From NCBI GenBank assembly GCA_964247055.1, contig OZ176050.1:9796001-9860000 (forward strand): DNA of 64,000 nt. The letters run 5' to 3'. The DNA is from Paragordius varius. Lineage: Eukaryota; Animalia; Nematomorpha. The notes under the pieces were generated by a model. It made no database searches. It saw nothing but the letters and a program-made list of their open reading frames with translations, and was not told where the DNA came from. Shown piece by piece: positions 48,300 through 60,503 of this stretch (positions are counted from its first letter, which is position 1; each line of letters starts with the position of its first letter). The translations under genes and the position numbers were made by a program.

Positions 48300-49930
48300 T
48301 ATTAATGGATCCAATATCTGACAAAAATCTTTAATGAGAATGCCCCTATATAAAAACTTTATAATGCAATATGGAAATCAGCTCAACTAAAGATTTGACA
48401 CAGATATGGTATGAATATTACAGTTCTCTGTATACGAATTAAAACCTTTATGATGTTTCATATATTCCCTACACTAGCACATCAACAGAACCCAGTTATG
48501 GAGTAATCGAATCAAACTTATTATCAACATCCTTAAAAGGAATAAAATACCAGAGATGGACTCAATTCTGATTTAACTTGTAAAAATAATACAAAAAACG
48601 GTTAGTCCAGTTATTTGCGATATTTTTAATAAATTATGGGAAAACAGGCATTTTTATCTATATGGAATACGTCGCTTATAATCATTATCCCAAAACATAA
48701 GACAGCCAATAACTTTAATCAATTTCGACCAATTGCTTTAACAAATTGATTTTAAAAAAAATTACATCTATTTTATAAAAGAGGATACAAACTCAACTAG
48801 AAACATGCTTTACAATTCACATAACTGGGTTTAGAGATAAAAGAAATGCAACAGAAACAGTGTTTGCTATCATGCTAGAAACCAAAATATATAAACAGTC
48901 AAATCATTTTTCTAAATTCTAAATCAGCCTTTGATAGCATCTAACAATCGGAAATATGGTATGTAATGGCAACCAAAGTCTATAAATTCTACATACGTAT
49001 ATTGCAACAGATTTACTATTATTGCTAAGCTAAAACGAAAAAAATAACGTTTTTACGAATAGAGGTGCCCAATAAGGGTGTATACTCTCCTCACTACTCT
49101 TTAATGTAGTTATATAAAAATTATTAATAAAACATTAGCGGAATATAATAATATGGTTACTCAGAATGTTAGTTATGCGGATGATATTGTTTTATGTGCA
49201 TCCACATACAACATCACATTTTTATACGATAGATATCCTTACAACATACACAGGTATGAAAGGACTAAGAATTAATCTAGGAAAATCATAAATAATATCA
49301 TACTGTACAAACGTGACATGCTATTTAAATAGATAAATAAAAATATCAGGAGTTACCGTATGCAAGGATGGTAACACTTAACACTTGTGAAAAGTAGATT
49401 ATGCATCACAAGAAAACCTAATTTTAAACATAAAAAGATTTATGATGTTAAATGAAAATTGATTAATAGAAAATTACAGCTCTTTACAACTCTCCTCTTT
49501 TCATTAATCATATATTGCCTTGAAATTTGGGATGACAAAAATATATAGTCAACCCGTTTCGAATCTTCGTAAACAACTACTTCAAAAATATAGTCAAGAG
49601 AAAGAAAAAGATATATCCAATAACAAATTATGAAAATTCAAACTTCGACCAATCTTGTCGCACATTAATAAACGGACTGAGTTATTAGGCCACATTGAAC
49701 ACTCATCCCAACAACTTAATTAATGGAACGATAATTACAAAAGTACTAACAAATAGCAACCTAAAATAGCTTTCCAAGACCATAAAAGCAATCACATCTA
49801 TAGACGTCCAAACAAAACAAATATCGGATAAATCTGCGTTAAAAACATCTTATAAAAAATCATAAACAATTCTATTTCTTAAAAAATTTAATAAAAAATT
49901 AATGATATACTCTCCTTAAAGCGCCGGTAA
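48300..49930 (+). mobile_element. Decayed LINE, same family as 46745-48270, opposite orientation
   Basis: Remnants IWYEYYSSLY, IPKHKTANNFNQFRPIALTN, KSAFDSI, RGAQ*GCILSSLLFN and SYADDIVL. Its 3' end matches the reverse complement of 46745-46800. Confidence 0.85.
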
Positions 49931-50003
49931 TAGGCGATATTTTTTATTTCGCTTCTTTTTTGTTCAATAAACAAATTCAACACTAATTTTAACATATAAT
50001 CAT

Positions 50004-50040
<37 letters not shown>

Positions 50041-50849
50041 AATTAATTGGAAAAAGATTATAAAATTTTTACCAATATATACCTCATGGTACTTTTACAA
50101 TTGGTTGACCAATTGTACCAAGGGACCCCGTTATGTTGGATCGTCTTCTCATATCTTAAAATTTTGCATTGAATTTCATTTATGTAAACGGTTACAAATA
50201 ATGGTGGCAAATTATTTTTAGAATAATTTGATATAACAATATAGAATATTTGTATAAGTGATTTTTGTTACACAATATATGATTAATATAAAATTTATTT
50301 TATAAAATTTTGTAAAAATTAAAATCAAAAATATATTTTTTTACGTTATTAACTCAATTATTCCACATTTTAATTAACTTGTCTTGACCAAGATTTATTA
50401 TAATTAAAATTTTGATTGAAATTTGTCTTTAATTTTTATTGGGATTTTAATTAAATTTTGCCTGAAATAAATATGATACCTAGCATTAATACTCAGTGAT
50501 AATCGTAAACTCCGGCTACCTCAACATTTCGTGTCAAATTGGGCAACTAGAGACAACCATATTTAAATTTATATTATTAAAAAAATTAATGATAAGGACA
50601 GCCCCAAATTGATATTATGCTCTAATCCTAACAAGAATTAGAAAATAGGGTTAAGTATCTAAATAAAATTTAGTTTTGAAAAGCTCCACATCAATGTATT
50701 TCGGCCCCATATTTATTTAAAACATTTTTGCGAAACATCGTGTCCCAATTCGATGATTAAAATATAAACAGTTAGACCCTAGAAGGTGTACACTCTAAAT
50801 AAAAACGAAAATACATATAAATATATATATATATATATATAATAAACTA

Positions 50850-51196
50850 GGGAATGATTGGTAAAGAATTGGAAACAGAAAACTCGGGTTACTTTCATAT
50901 GTAATACGAGATGGTATAGCAAAATCATGCGAAAACATGCCCACTTGAGACCAAGGGAAGGAAGTGAAAGAATAGAAAACACAATTCATTATGAATGGAC
51001 ACCGCAATCGCAAGACCTCTATGACAGGGATCATCGACGACAACACTCCCAACCATACCGGCCCGACCCTTTGAATCAGTCATTGAATTGCCATTTCAAC
51101 ACATTAAAACACTTACCTTTTAAACGCATAGAAAGGCGATTCCTGACACGAATCTGACACCTACTAGATATCTATTAATCACGGGGAAGAAGAGAA
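50850..51196 (+). mobile_element. Gypsy integrase C-terminal remnant with PPT
   Basis: GLLSYVIRDG / KIMRKHAHLRP (frameshifted) resembles GWLSYNV...KIIRKHADQLR of the intact element. It ends PTRYL* followed by GGGGAAGAAGAGAA. Confidence 0.5.
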
Positions 51197-51529
51197 GTTA
51201 TAGTAGGACCTACTGATGTTGACACAAATGCACCTATGTAATTGGAAACAATTTAAGCACTTTATAATACATATATAGTTAATAGAATTAATTGTAACCT
51301 CAGGTCATAGAGTTTTATATTGTAGTTAATATGCAAACTGTTATTGTAATTTGTGAGCATGTAAAATTTTTATACTTTCTAAATATTATATGGTTTAAAT
51401 GGTAAAACTGTGAACACGCAAATTTTGTATGGATATTATATATAAAGAAATGCATGTTGTATTTAGTCATTAAATAAATGTTTGTATTTGTGATTTTCCA
51501 TCTCATTCCTATAAATAATTTATAGATAG

Positions 51530-53508
51530 TGAATGAGTTTAATATAGAAATAAATCTCAAATTGAGTTCTTTTTATAACTGATTGCTTTGTAGTTGTACA
51601 GGTGTATTTATATATATTAGTAAGGATAAGTAACAATAACCAAATTAGAATACTATTTGTATTAAATACAATGTCATATAAAATATAAATAATACTAATT
51701 TAACTTAAGGTTATAAACTTGGCAACTATAATTAGAGTACCATTTGTAATAAATACAATGTATAAATTATATATATATATACATATATATATAAATAATA
51801 ATAATTTAACTTAAGGTTATAAACAATTAACATTATCTTCCCCCTATAGTATAGCGGTCTGGGGGTTTTCGCTGGCGTTGTGGATACCTGGGTTTAGGTG
51901 TGTCTATACTCGTTGTTGAACCTGCGTTGTTATCCTGTGTTGCTATGTCTATCGTCGATGATTGTATGTCATTGTTTGCGGCTTCAAGATCTAGTGGAGT
52001 AGAGGTAATTTCTTCTGAAGTAATTGGTATTTTGGGCACTGGCGTGGTTGTTCTCGGACATTCCATTCTTTGTTTTAATTGATCAGCGTGTTTTCTGAGG
52101 ACTCTCGGTTTTGTCTGTTACCATATATGACGTTCTAATACTTCCCCTGCCCTCCATCCCTTTTCTATTTCATTCTTTATTAAAAAAACCTTTTACATTG
52201 GAACAAATTGACGAGTCGGTTCTATTTCATTATCGATAAACTCAGTTGCGATTTGAGCCATGACATTGGAACATTTGGATGTCTCTTCAGAAAGACCTTC
52301 GATGGGGTATTGATAATTGCTCTGTGTGTCAAGTTTCGATAGCCATATAAAAATGTGTTGATTGCCTCGTGTGCATGCATTGTCTGAGTTTTGGTAGCTC
52401 TATATCGAAATTTTAGGGTTGCAATATATCTTTCAACCAATCCATTTGACTTGGGATGGTATGAACTCACTAAAAATGTTTTTTTATTAAGATTATAATA
52501 AGTATTTCTGAATTCATGGGATGTAAAATATGGCCCATTATCGGTAACCATCTGTCTTGGGAAACCAAATCTGGCCATATGTTTTTCTAGACAATTCAAT
52601 ATTTGTTGTGATGTTATCGATTTGGGTAACCACCTCAACCCATCAAGCATTATCAATGGTGACTAACCAAAAATAACCGTCTATGGGTCCGGCTATGTCG
52701 ATGTGAATCCTCTCCCACAACGCGGTGTTAAAATTCCATTTCCTCGTTGGATTTTCCTTTATATTAGGCTTGTTTCGTTACGGTTCACATGTTTCTACAA
52801 TATTTTCTAAATCTCCTTCTAAGTTTGGCCAATATATGGATTGTCTTGCTTGTTGTTTCATCGATTGCACTTTGTTATGTCCAGTATGTAGGAACATTAC
52901 GTCCCGCTGCAAGGATGTGGGTATTAGTAATCTATCATTTACAAATAAAAGATTATAATATATTTGAATTTCATTTTTCACTTTCAGTAATTCTTTTAGG
53001 ATCACTCCAATCATTTGTCCTTATTGCTGATATAAGTTTGTTTGCCAGTGGATCTAACATTATCTCATTTTCCAATAACTACTTATATTAAATTTATTCA
53101 TTGTTAATTTTACTGTATGTGATACATCATCATCTTCATTTTGTACTCCGTGATATTATCATTATTTGGTAATCTGGATAGAGTGTCCGCTAAATTGTTT
53201 TGCCCTTTCTTATATTCGATTTCATAGTCGTATCCCGATGTTTTATAGATCCATCTAATAAGTTTAGCATTATTAATATTTGTAAATTTCGAGTTCGACC
53301 AAATAGCCAGATTATGGGTTTGTGGTCGGTTATAATTTTAAATTTTATGCCTTATATAAATGGTTTAAATTTTATGGCAAACGTGATAGCTTTTACTTCT
53401 TTCTCTATTGTTGAATAATTGGTTTCGGCATCGGTGCATTTGCGTGAGGCGTATGATATGAGTTTAATTTAATTTTAAAATTTTAGTAAGAGTATCTTTG
53501 ATTCTATA
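51530..53508 (-). mobile_element. 5'-truncated decayed Gypsy element (RNase H, integrase, PPT, 3' LTR)
   Basis: Minus-strand remnants ISYASRKCTDAETNYSTIEKE, TDHKP, LHTGH...YWPNL, TDNGPYF, YHPKSNGLVER and RKPPDRY. PPT GGGGGAAGA is followed by TGTTAA at 51832. The element is cut at 53509 by a piggyBac-like MITE, and the distal LTR end is uncertain. Confidence 0.85.
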
Positions 53509-53512
53509 TTAA

Positions 53513-54089
53513 CACTTCGATTCAAATTGGGGTATCTAAATATCCCAGACTAAATTTGAGTTAGGATTTTTAAAAAACTACTGAAGGAAACGGTCCCAAT
53601 TTAAATTTATGCTTCTATCCTAATAAAAATTATATAAATATGCCAAAATATCTAAATAAAAATTTGTTTTGAAAAAAAAGTTCCAGGTCAAACTACTTCG
53701 ACGCCATTTTTATTTTACTAAATTTTTGCAAAATATCGTCTTCATTTAATTTTAAGGGTAAAATTAAAGCTAATTTTTTATTTAAATTACATCTAACATT
53801 GATAGAAATAGAAAACGCTGATTAGTTTGTATTATTTTTCAATTTTACCATTGCACGCATGTCACGTTGACTAAATTTTTACCTTTCGGTTTTAGCTTAA
53901 AATAAGTATTATCAAGTATTTTTAGATTAATTTATATATTTGGGTTTATTAATGTTATATAAGTGCAAGATTTTGCCATGGTTTTGATTCCTTCCATATT
54001 TTTAAAGAATTTTATTTTAAATAGGCCTGGGGTATTTAACTACCCCAATTTGAATCGAAGGACTAAAATGAATGTGTTGTATCCAAGTG
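53513..54089 (+). mobile_element. piggyBac-like MITE, 577 bp
   Basis: TTAA at 53509-53512 and 54090-54093, CACTT...AAGTG termini, and internal inverted repeats. Confidence 0.92.
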
Positions 54090-55098
54090 TTAAATCACAA
54101 ATTTTAGAATATAATATTTTATTTGACTAGTCTTTTATATAAAAATATATACATTTTTAATATTTTTTAATTCTTTCAATATTTAAAAAAATTATTTTCG
54201 CTAGAATGCAATCTTTTTTAGAATCAACTATACGTTTTAGCAAATTTTTCTTTGAGTTCTCACGGGGTCAATTTTTCTGTCGGATTTTTTCCACGCAAAA
54301 AACTTTTTGTATTTTTATGACGACATAAAATAGTTAACAACATTTAGTTTTAAAATGGACTTTTTTGTAAATAAAAATTGTGGATCCCGTACCCCGCACA
54401 AAAAATGGTTTGATTGTCAAAGTATAAAATTTCATTTTTTACTAATTATTATTTTCTTATTATGTTATATAATTAAATTATTTATACGCCATATCTATTA
54501 AGGGGCCATTGTTACGCGAGATTATTTCTTTTTTTGTGACATTCATATTCGTTAAATGTCAATTTTAAATTATATTTTCATAGTTGGGCAAAGCTTCTCT
54601 GAGTGTTAATTACAATAATAAATATCTCTCATATTAAAAAAGAAAGAAGCTCCGAAAGTCATGCTTTTTGGTAATAATTTTATTGTAATGGTTGATGAAT
54701 ATAAAAGTAAAATACTGAAACATATCATTTTAGGTTAATTATGACAAAATAATGAATAGTTATGGGTAACGGGGTAGTTTAGAAGGAATACAGTTAGTGG
54801 AGTTTTATATTTTTCCTCAGAAAAAAACCTGTAATATTCTAAAAGGCAACTGTATAAAAACATTCAAATAAAGTTCTTTCATATCTGTCCAAGATGAAAA
54901 TGTTATAATTTTCAGATAAAATGTGATTTATTTCAACAATCATTATTTTTTACGTTATAAAATATTTTTAGTTTTAAACAAATATATACGATACACACAT
55001 TGAAATTAAATGATTTTTACAAAATATTTCTCAATCATTACCACAACCATATTCTTAGTTTCAGCGTAAGGAATTTGTTAAATTAAGTTTTATATATA

Positions 55099-55362
55099 CC
55101 ATTTACAATTCAAAACCAGCCTTCAACAATTCAAATTCACCCTAAAAATAAATTATGTGTTTTCGGCTTAATATAACTCATCATTAATATGAAATATATT
55201 TTTACGACATAGTTTATTATTTTTTAGCATTATATTAATTTTAACCAGAATTTCATATTTTAAAAATATTATAACATAAAAGTAATTTTTAATCTTAAAA
55301 AACACATAATTTATTTTAGGGTGAATTTGAATTGTTCGAGGGTGAATTTGAACTGTAAATGG
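55099..55362. mobile_element. TA-flanked MITE, 264 bp
   Basis: TA|CCATTTACAATTCAAA...TTTGAACTGTAAATGG|TA, with long imperfect inverted arms. Confidence 0.8.
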
Positions 55363-55427
55363 TATATATATAACAAACTATAATTCATATTTAATTGTGA
55401 TATTATTAATAGGTTACATTTTTATAG

Positions 55428-58400
55428 CACAGTTAGCCAAGATGCCGGTAAGGGTAGAGGATCTATAGTGACTACAAGGAAAGATGATTGGGACCCTGAT
55501 GCCCCGCTCGTATTTAACACTGATGAATGGCATATGAAGGAATGGGCTTCTGCCGATCGCATAGGCAAAAATATGATGAGACAAGCCTTTAGAAATTATT
55601 TCACGGGGTATATTTAGTTAAAACGCTAATGCCCATTTGTAAAAAACGTTCATGATTTATATTCAAATAAGTTGATTAGAATGGTTAGCATAAAAGCAAT
55701 GGGATTATATAGGTGCTCAAGCGAATTCGATATAATATGTCGCATTTTTATTTATTGTAAAGGTTTTTACATTGGCAAAAATGTGATGAGTCGACATTTT
55801 GATATAAAATGTTTTACCAAGCTATATTGGTAAATATGGGTTTTTGATATCTAAACGCATGTGTCACACTTAAATCTGCATAACACACTAACAAATATGT
55901 AGGATTTTTTAACAAAAATATTTAGCCTTGGCTAAGTTTTTTTTCACGATCAACATCGCATGAACTAATAAAATATAATAACAATAACGGTTTGGTTTAG
56001 TCCAGTTGATAATTTATGTATCCTGTGTTGCCGGCTCTCACGCACACTGTTTATTCTTTAAAATGCACATCAATCTACGTTCTTAATGTTTTTTCTTTTA
56101 GCGGTTAAATTTATCAAATTAAACCCATATTCTTTATTTACCACATTTATTTATGAAGTATTTATTTTTATTATTGTAATACATTATATTTCAGGAGAAA
56201 CAGTTTGGAGGTGCGAATCAAGGTGTACAAAAAACTCCCTCCAATATCTCCTGGAGAATGTAAGCAAATTTTCATTTTTTTAAAACCATAATTTTCGAAT
56301 TTGTAACTCTCCATACGACTTATAAATTTGTATAGCACGAGATGAATGCAATCCATATTTCGTGGGTGTGGACTTTTGTGGTGCCAATGGGGATTGTGTA
56401 GATTTGATAGGCGGATCTAGTGCGGAAAATAGCTCTCAAACAAATGTAAAGCCATTAAAATAGTTTTAACTAGCTTTTGTCAATTTTTTTAAATTATATT
56501 TTATACATATACAGTTAAATCCCACAAATGATTATTTTAAATGCGAATGTCACCGAGGTTGGCAAGGACAGTTTTGTGACAAAGGTACGTACAAAATTGT
56601 TAAAAACTTCGAAAAAATTTATCCCTTAAATATATCATTTAATAGCCGTCTTAAGCTAAAAAAAGTTTTAATTATTTTCCAAAATATTAGATATTAACGA
56701 ATGTGCCCTTGGGATATGTCAAAACAATGCTTATTGTGAAAATTTTATGCCGCCAAAACGGTATACTTGCACTTGTTCGCCATATACCTTTGGTGTGGAT
56801 TGTGAAAAAAGTATTAATTCTGGATCTTTTTAGCTGTCGTATTTTTGAAAGGATAGGGACACAGTACTAAATCATATGGATAGGAATTTACAAATATAAC
56901 CATTGAATATATTATATAAATTTTAATTTAACTATATATTTTAATCCCATTCTTTGTAATTTTTTCTTTTATATTATAGCGTATCCCCCTTCAGCCGAAG
57001 GATTCAGTTGTCACAGCGCTGATAACAGCAGTTTAATTGATTGGCTGACGCCAGAAAGCTTTGAACTTTTAGACTTTTTCCCAGAAGGCAGAGTCAAACA
57101 TCCAGATATGAGCGGGCCAGATCTAGTGGCCAAGCAGCTCAAATTACTCATGAAAATTCAAAGATCCGGGAAGAAATTAGGTACATATTAGATAAGTATA
57201 CAACATAAAAACAGTAAGTCTATTTAAGTCACCGAATTAATAAATTACACTCAAAGAACATGCCTCAATTAAAAGGATATTACCATCATAAATTTATCCA
57301 AAACATAGTTCATTATTTAATTATTTAGGGCACATTGAGAACATGTGGCTCAAAACTCATGCGAGACGAGTTTACATATATAATTCGTTACAGCCCACGC
57401 TTAAGGAAAGTCACCTACGACCCTTGGAATACATAAAATATGACAATCCATATGGATGGAATTTCAACCGAATAGAAACGGAAGGGATCAATACCCCAAG
57501 CGAAAATAAAATGCCATTTGAACATGTCATTGAAATCATTTTTCCGGAACCCACTTTGATCCGGGGTTTTGTGACCAGGGGAGGCTTGGAAAAAAAGAAA
57601 GGTTTTTTGGGGAAAAATTTTTTTGTTACTTATATTTTTTCATTGGTCTGAACCTGACCATATTGAATCAGAACCATTAGCCCTACCTTGGACACATTTA
57701 AATGAAAATTCTGAAAACCTTTTCTGGAACCGTTAGGAGGAAACCGTTCGTTCCTACAATACGGTTCCAAAAAAATATTTTTTTAATTTTATTTTATTTA
57801 TCAAAATTTTTAATGCACCGTTTTTATTTTTTCATGTTTTACGGGTTTTTTATGGTTTATGTACGTATTTTTTGTGACCTTTCCACATTGTAACAAAATT
57901 ATAGGATATCATTAACTTAAAAAAAGTAAATTCCGAAATTAGAACCATTTGAATACCGGTAGCAAAATAGTTTCTTAGATCCAGGACCAGAGATACCAAT
58001 TGACTTGGGTTAATCCATGATTATTTTTTTATATTAACTATAGCTGGTTGCGATACATGCAAACGCCTTGTTACAAAATATCGCATAACCTTTCGTAGTG
58101 GTGCACGGCGATGGTTCAAATTCATTGATCAATATAAAAAAGACATAGTAAGCAAATTATTTGTTTAAACGTAAAATTTCACATAAAACTCCTTTAAATT
58201 TTAATATAATTTATGTACCTGTTTCATAAAATTTTATCCATGAATTATTGTTTTAAATCAGTAATAAGAATTAAAGTAGCTTAATGTAATAGTTATAATT
58301 TTTGAAATAATGATCTTGAGGATTTTTTTTGAATAATTTAAAAATACTAAAAATATGTTTGTTTCGTATTCATTTGCCACTTTAATATCCGTAGACGGCA

Positions 58401-59316
58401 TACATCATTAAAATCAAATTAGCTAAATAAATATATTTTAAGGGTAGATTTAGAATTAATAGTTTAAAGATATTCAAACTGAGCAAAAATTCATTAAATA
58501 TGGCAAATATTGTAGATTTTTCATTTTTTTGGATGTATTAGTTTTAAAGGAAACAAATAAAGCCTAAACTAGAAAAATCTTAATTGTATAATTTAATTGT
58601 ATCATTATTTATTTTTGATAGGATGATTCAAGTAATTTGCATTTTCTATTGAGTATAATCCACATGTCATTTATCACTTAAAACTATAATATACCATTTA
58701 CATTCGAATTCACCCTTGAACAATTCGAATTCCCCTAAAAATAAATTATTTTTCGAACTAATATAACTCATTATTAAAACTTTATGGCATAGTTTATTAT
58801 TTTTTCTGTATTATTTTAATTTAAAACAAAATTTTATTTTCTAAAAATATATAAAAATATAGGTAATTTTTAATCTTAAAAACATAATAATTATTTGAGG
58901 GTGAATTTGAATCGTTTAAGGGTGAATTTGAATTGTAAATGGCATATAAAAATTCTAATTTTACCTATTTTATCTAAACTAATCAGATCTTTTCAGCATT
59001 GGATCCAGGCGAAAGTTATAGTACCAAAGAAGATTTAAAACTGTTAGACATTAATAGGCCCAGAATACGATTCCCGCCCAATCCTTTTACGGCTGAGGCT
59101 ATACGTATTCAAGTGATTGATTGGTGGCCTAAAAATCTCCAACTTGCCACAGTGAATGTTGAAACATGGAACAAGAACAAATATTTGGCAAAATTTGCCT
59201 CCAAAGCAAAATCCGTCGTTTCCGCTGCTGCGCTGAAAGCCAAAAGTGGGCGAAAACTACCGAGTGAAGCGCAAAATCCGGTTCTGAGATTCGATGTCTT
59301 AGGATGTCATTACTGA
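55428..59316 (+). CDS. EGF-EGF-discoidin (F5/8 type C) extracellular protein, lactadherin/EDIL3-like C-terminus; 5' exons not resolved
   Basis: Phase-compatible exons 55428-55607, 56195-56259, 56336-56445, 56515-56584, 56691-56810, 56980-57180, 57329-57601, 58044-58147 and 58987-59316. Two Ca-binding-type EGF repeats (DECNP...CECHRGWQGQFC, DINECALGICQNNAYC...GVDCE) precede an FA58C domain (IIFPEPTLIRGFVTRG, VTKYRITF, PPNPFTAEAIRI, LRFDVLGC*). Confidence 0.85.
58694..58942. mobile_element. TA-flanked MITE, 249 bp, same family as 55099
   Basis: TA|CCATTTACATTCGAATTCACCC...GGGTGAATTTGAATTGTAAATGG|CA, in the last intron of the discoidin gene. Confidence 0.8.
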
Positions 59317-60503
59317 TAAATAATTAAGTTATCAATAAATTCATAAAATGAATATTGTAATTGTAATTAATTATAAGGAAAGATAAATGAATAATATATA
59401 TATATATATATAGTTTAGGGATTTTTTGATCATCGGGTGCTTTAGTGGATGATAGATTTATAATTACTGCTTCGATTTAAAAAAATTAATTATCTTATAT
59501 GGCGTATGGTCCTATGCTATAGTACTAGCATCAATTTATGAACTAATTCTGTTTTGTTACCCGTTTGGTCTTCTGTCAAATGATAATAAGTCATTTAAAT
59601 TCGAAAAATATAGAGTAATATGTTGGATTAAAGCATTAATTGTATTATTTTGCAATAAAAATTATGATCACGATGCGCTTGGTTATACCTTAACATAGTT
59701 AAATGTTATAACTTTATATATTATCAAACATTTTTTATCGTATTTTTAATAGCCGCATACTAGTTGCAACGTAATTGTCTCTTCTTCAGTGGAACTTCAG
59801 AAGATAATTTCAAAGCGCTCGATTATATTTTTTAAATGGTCTTTTGGGTGGTTTATATTGCCGCTTTTTATCGGTTTTCTTAGCCTTGGTGAGGTAACTT
59901 CAGATTCTAATAGGCCTCCATGTGTCAAACATAAAGATATATGGGGATTATCGATTTCATTGGTTTTAACCAAAATAAACAATATATTGATCTAGAATAT
60001 AGATATATGATCAAGCATGTTTTCCATAAAAAATAATTATTATTTTACTAAAGATCGGTTAATTTTAAAAATAAAGGTAATACAAAAATGTTTTACATGT
60101 TTCGGCGCTCCTTCGGCTGAATACCATTGATTTAATTCAATAATTTTTCTCTTTTCTGTAGGATACTTTGTTATCAAAATATACCTTTTTATTTGGTTTT
60201 ACTGTTTTTTTTCAATAGGATATTATAATTTAAATATAAACATTTTTTAGTATAAAACTTTATTTTTATACCAAAATGATCTATATTAACATCAAAATAA
60301 TATGAATCTGCAAAAGGCAAGAATGACACTTTTAAAAAAATTAAAAATTATATGAAGAAAAATGGTACAAAATAAGTAGGTCTAGGATAGTTGAGTCCAC
60401 ATCTTCCATTGCTTACATACATATATAGGAATGGAGAACAATTATACAAGTTGCATTTTGAGAAACAACTACATTAATTTTTTTCATTACGCAGAGTAGA
60501 AAA

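Noticed and set aside
57602-57700. Apparent frameshift or premature stop in the discoidin domain
   Set aside because: It is resolved by an intron (57602-58043) that joins KKK-AGCDTCKRLVTKYRITF in phase.
59789-59995. Overlapping short ORFs on both strands between two genes
   Set aside because: No motifs or compatible splice partners support them.
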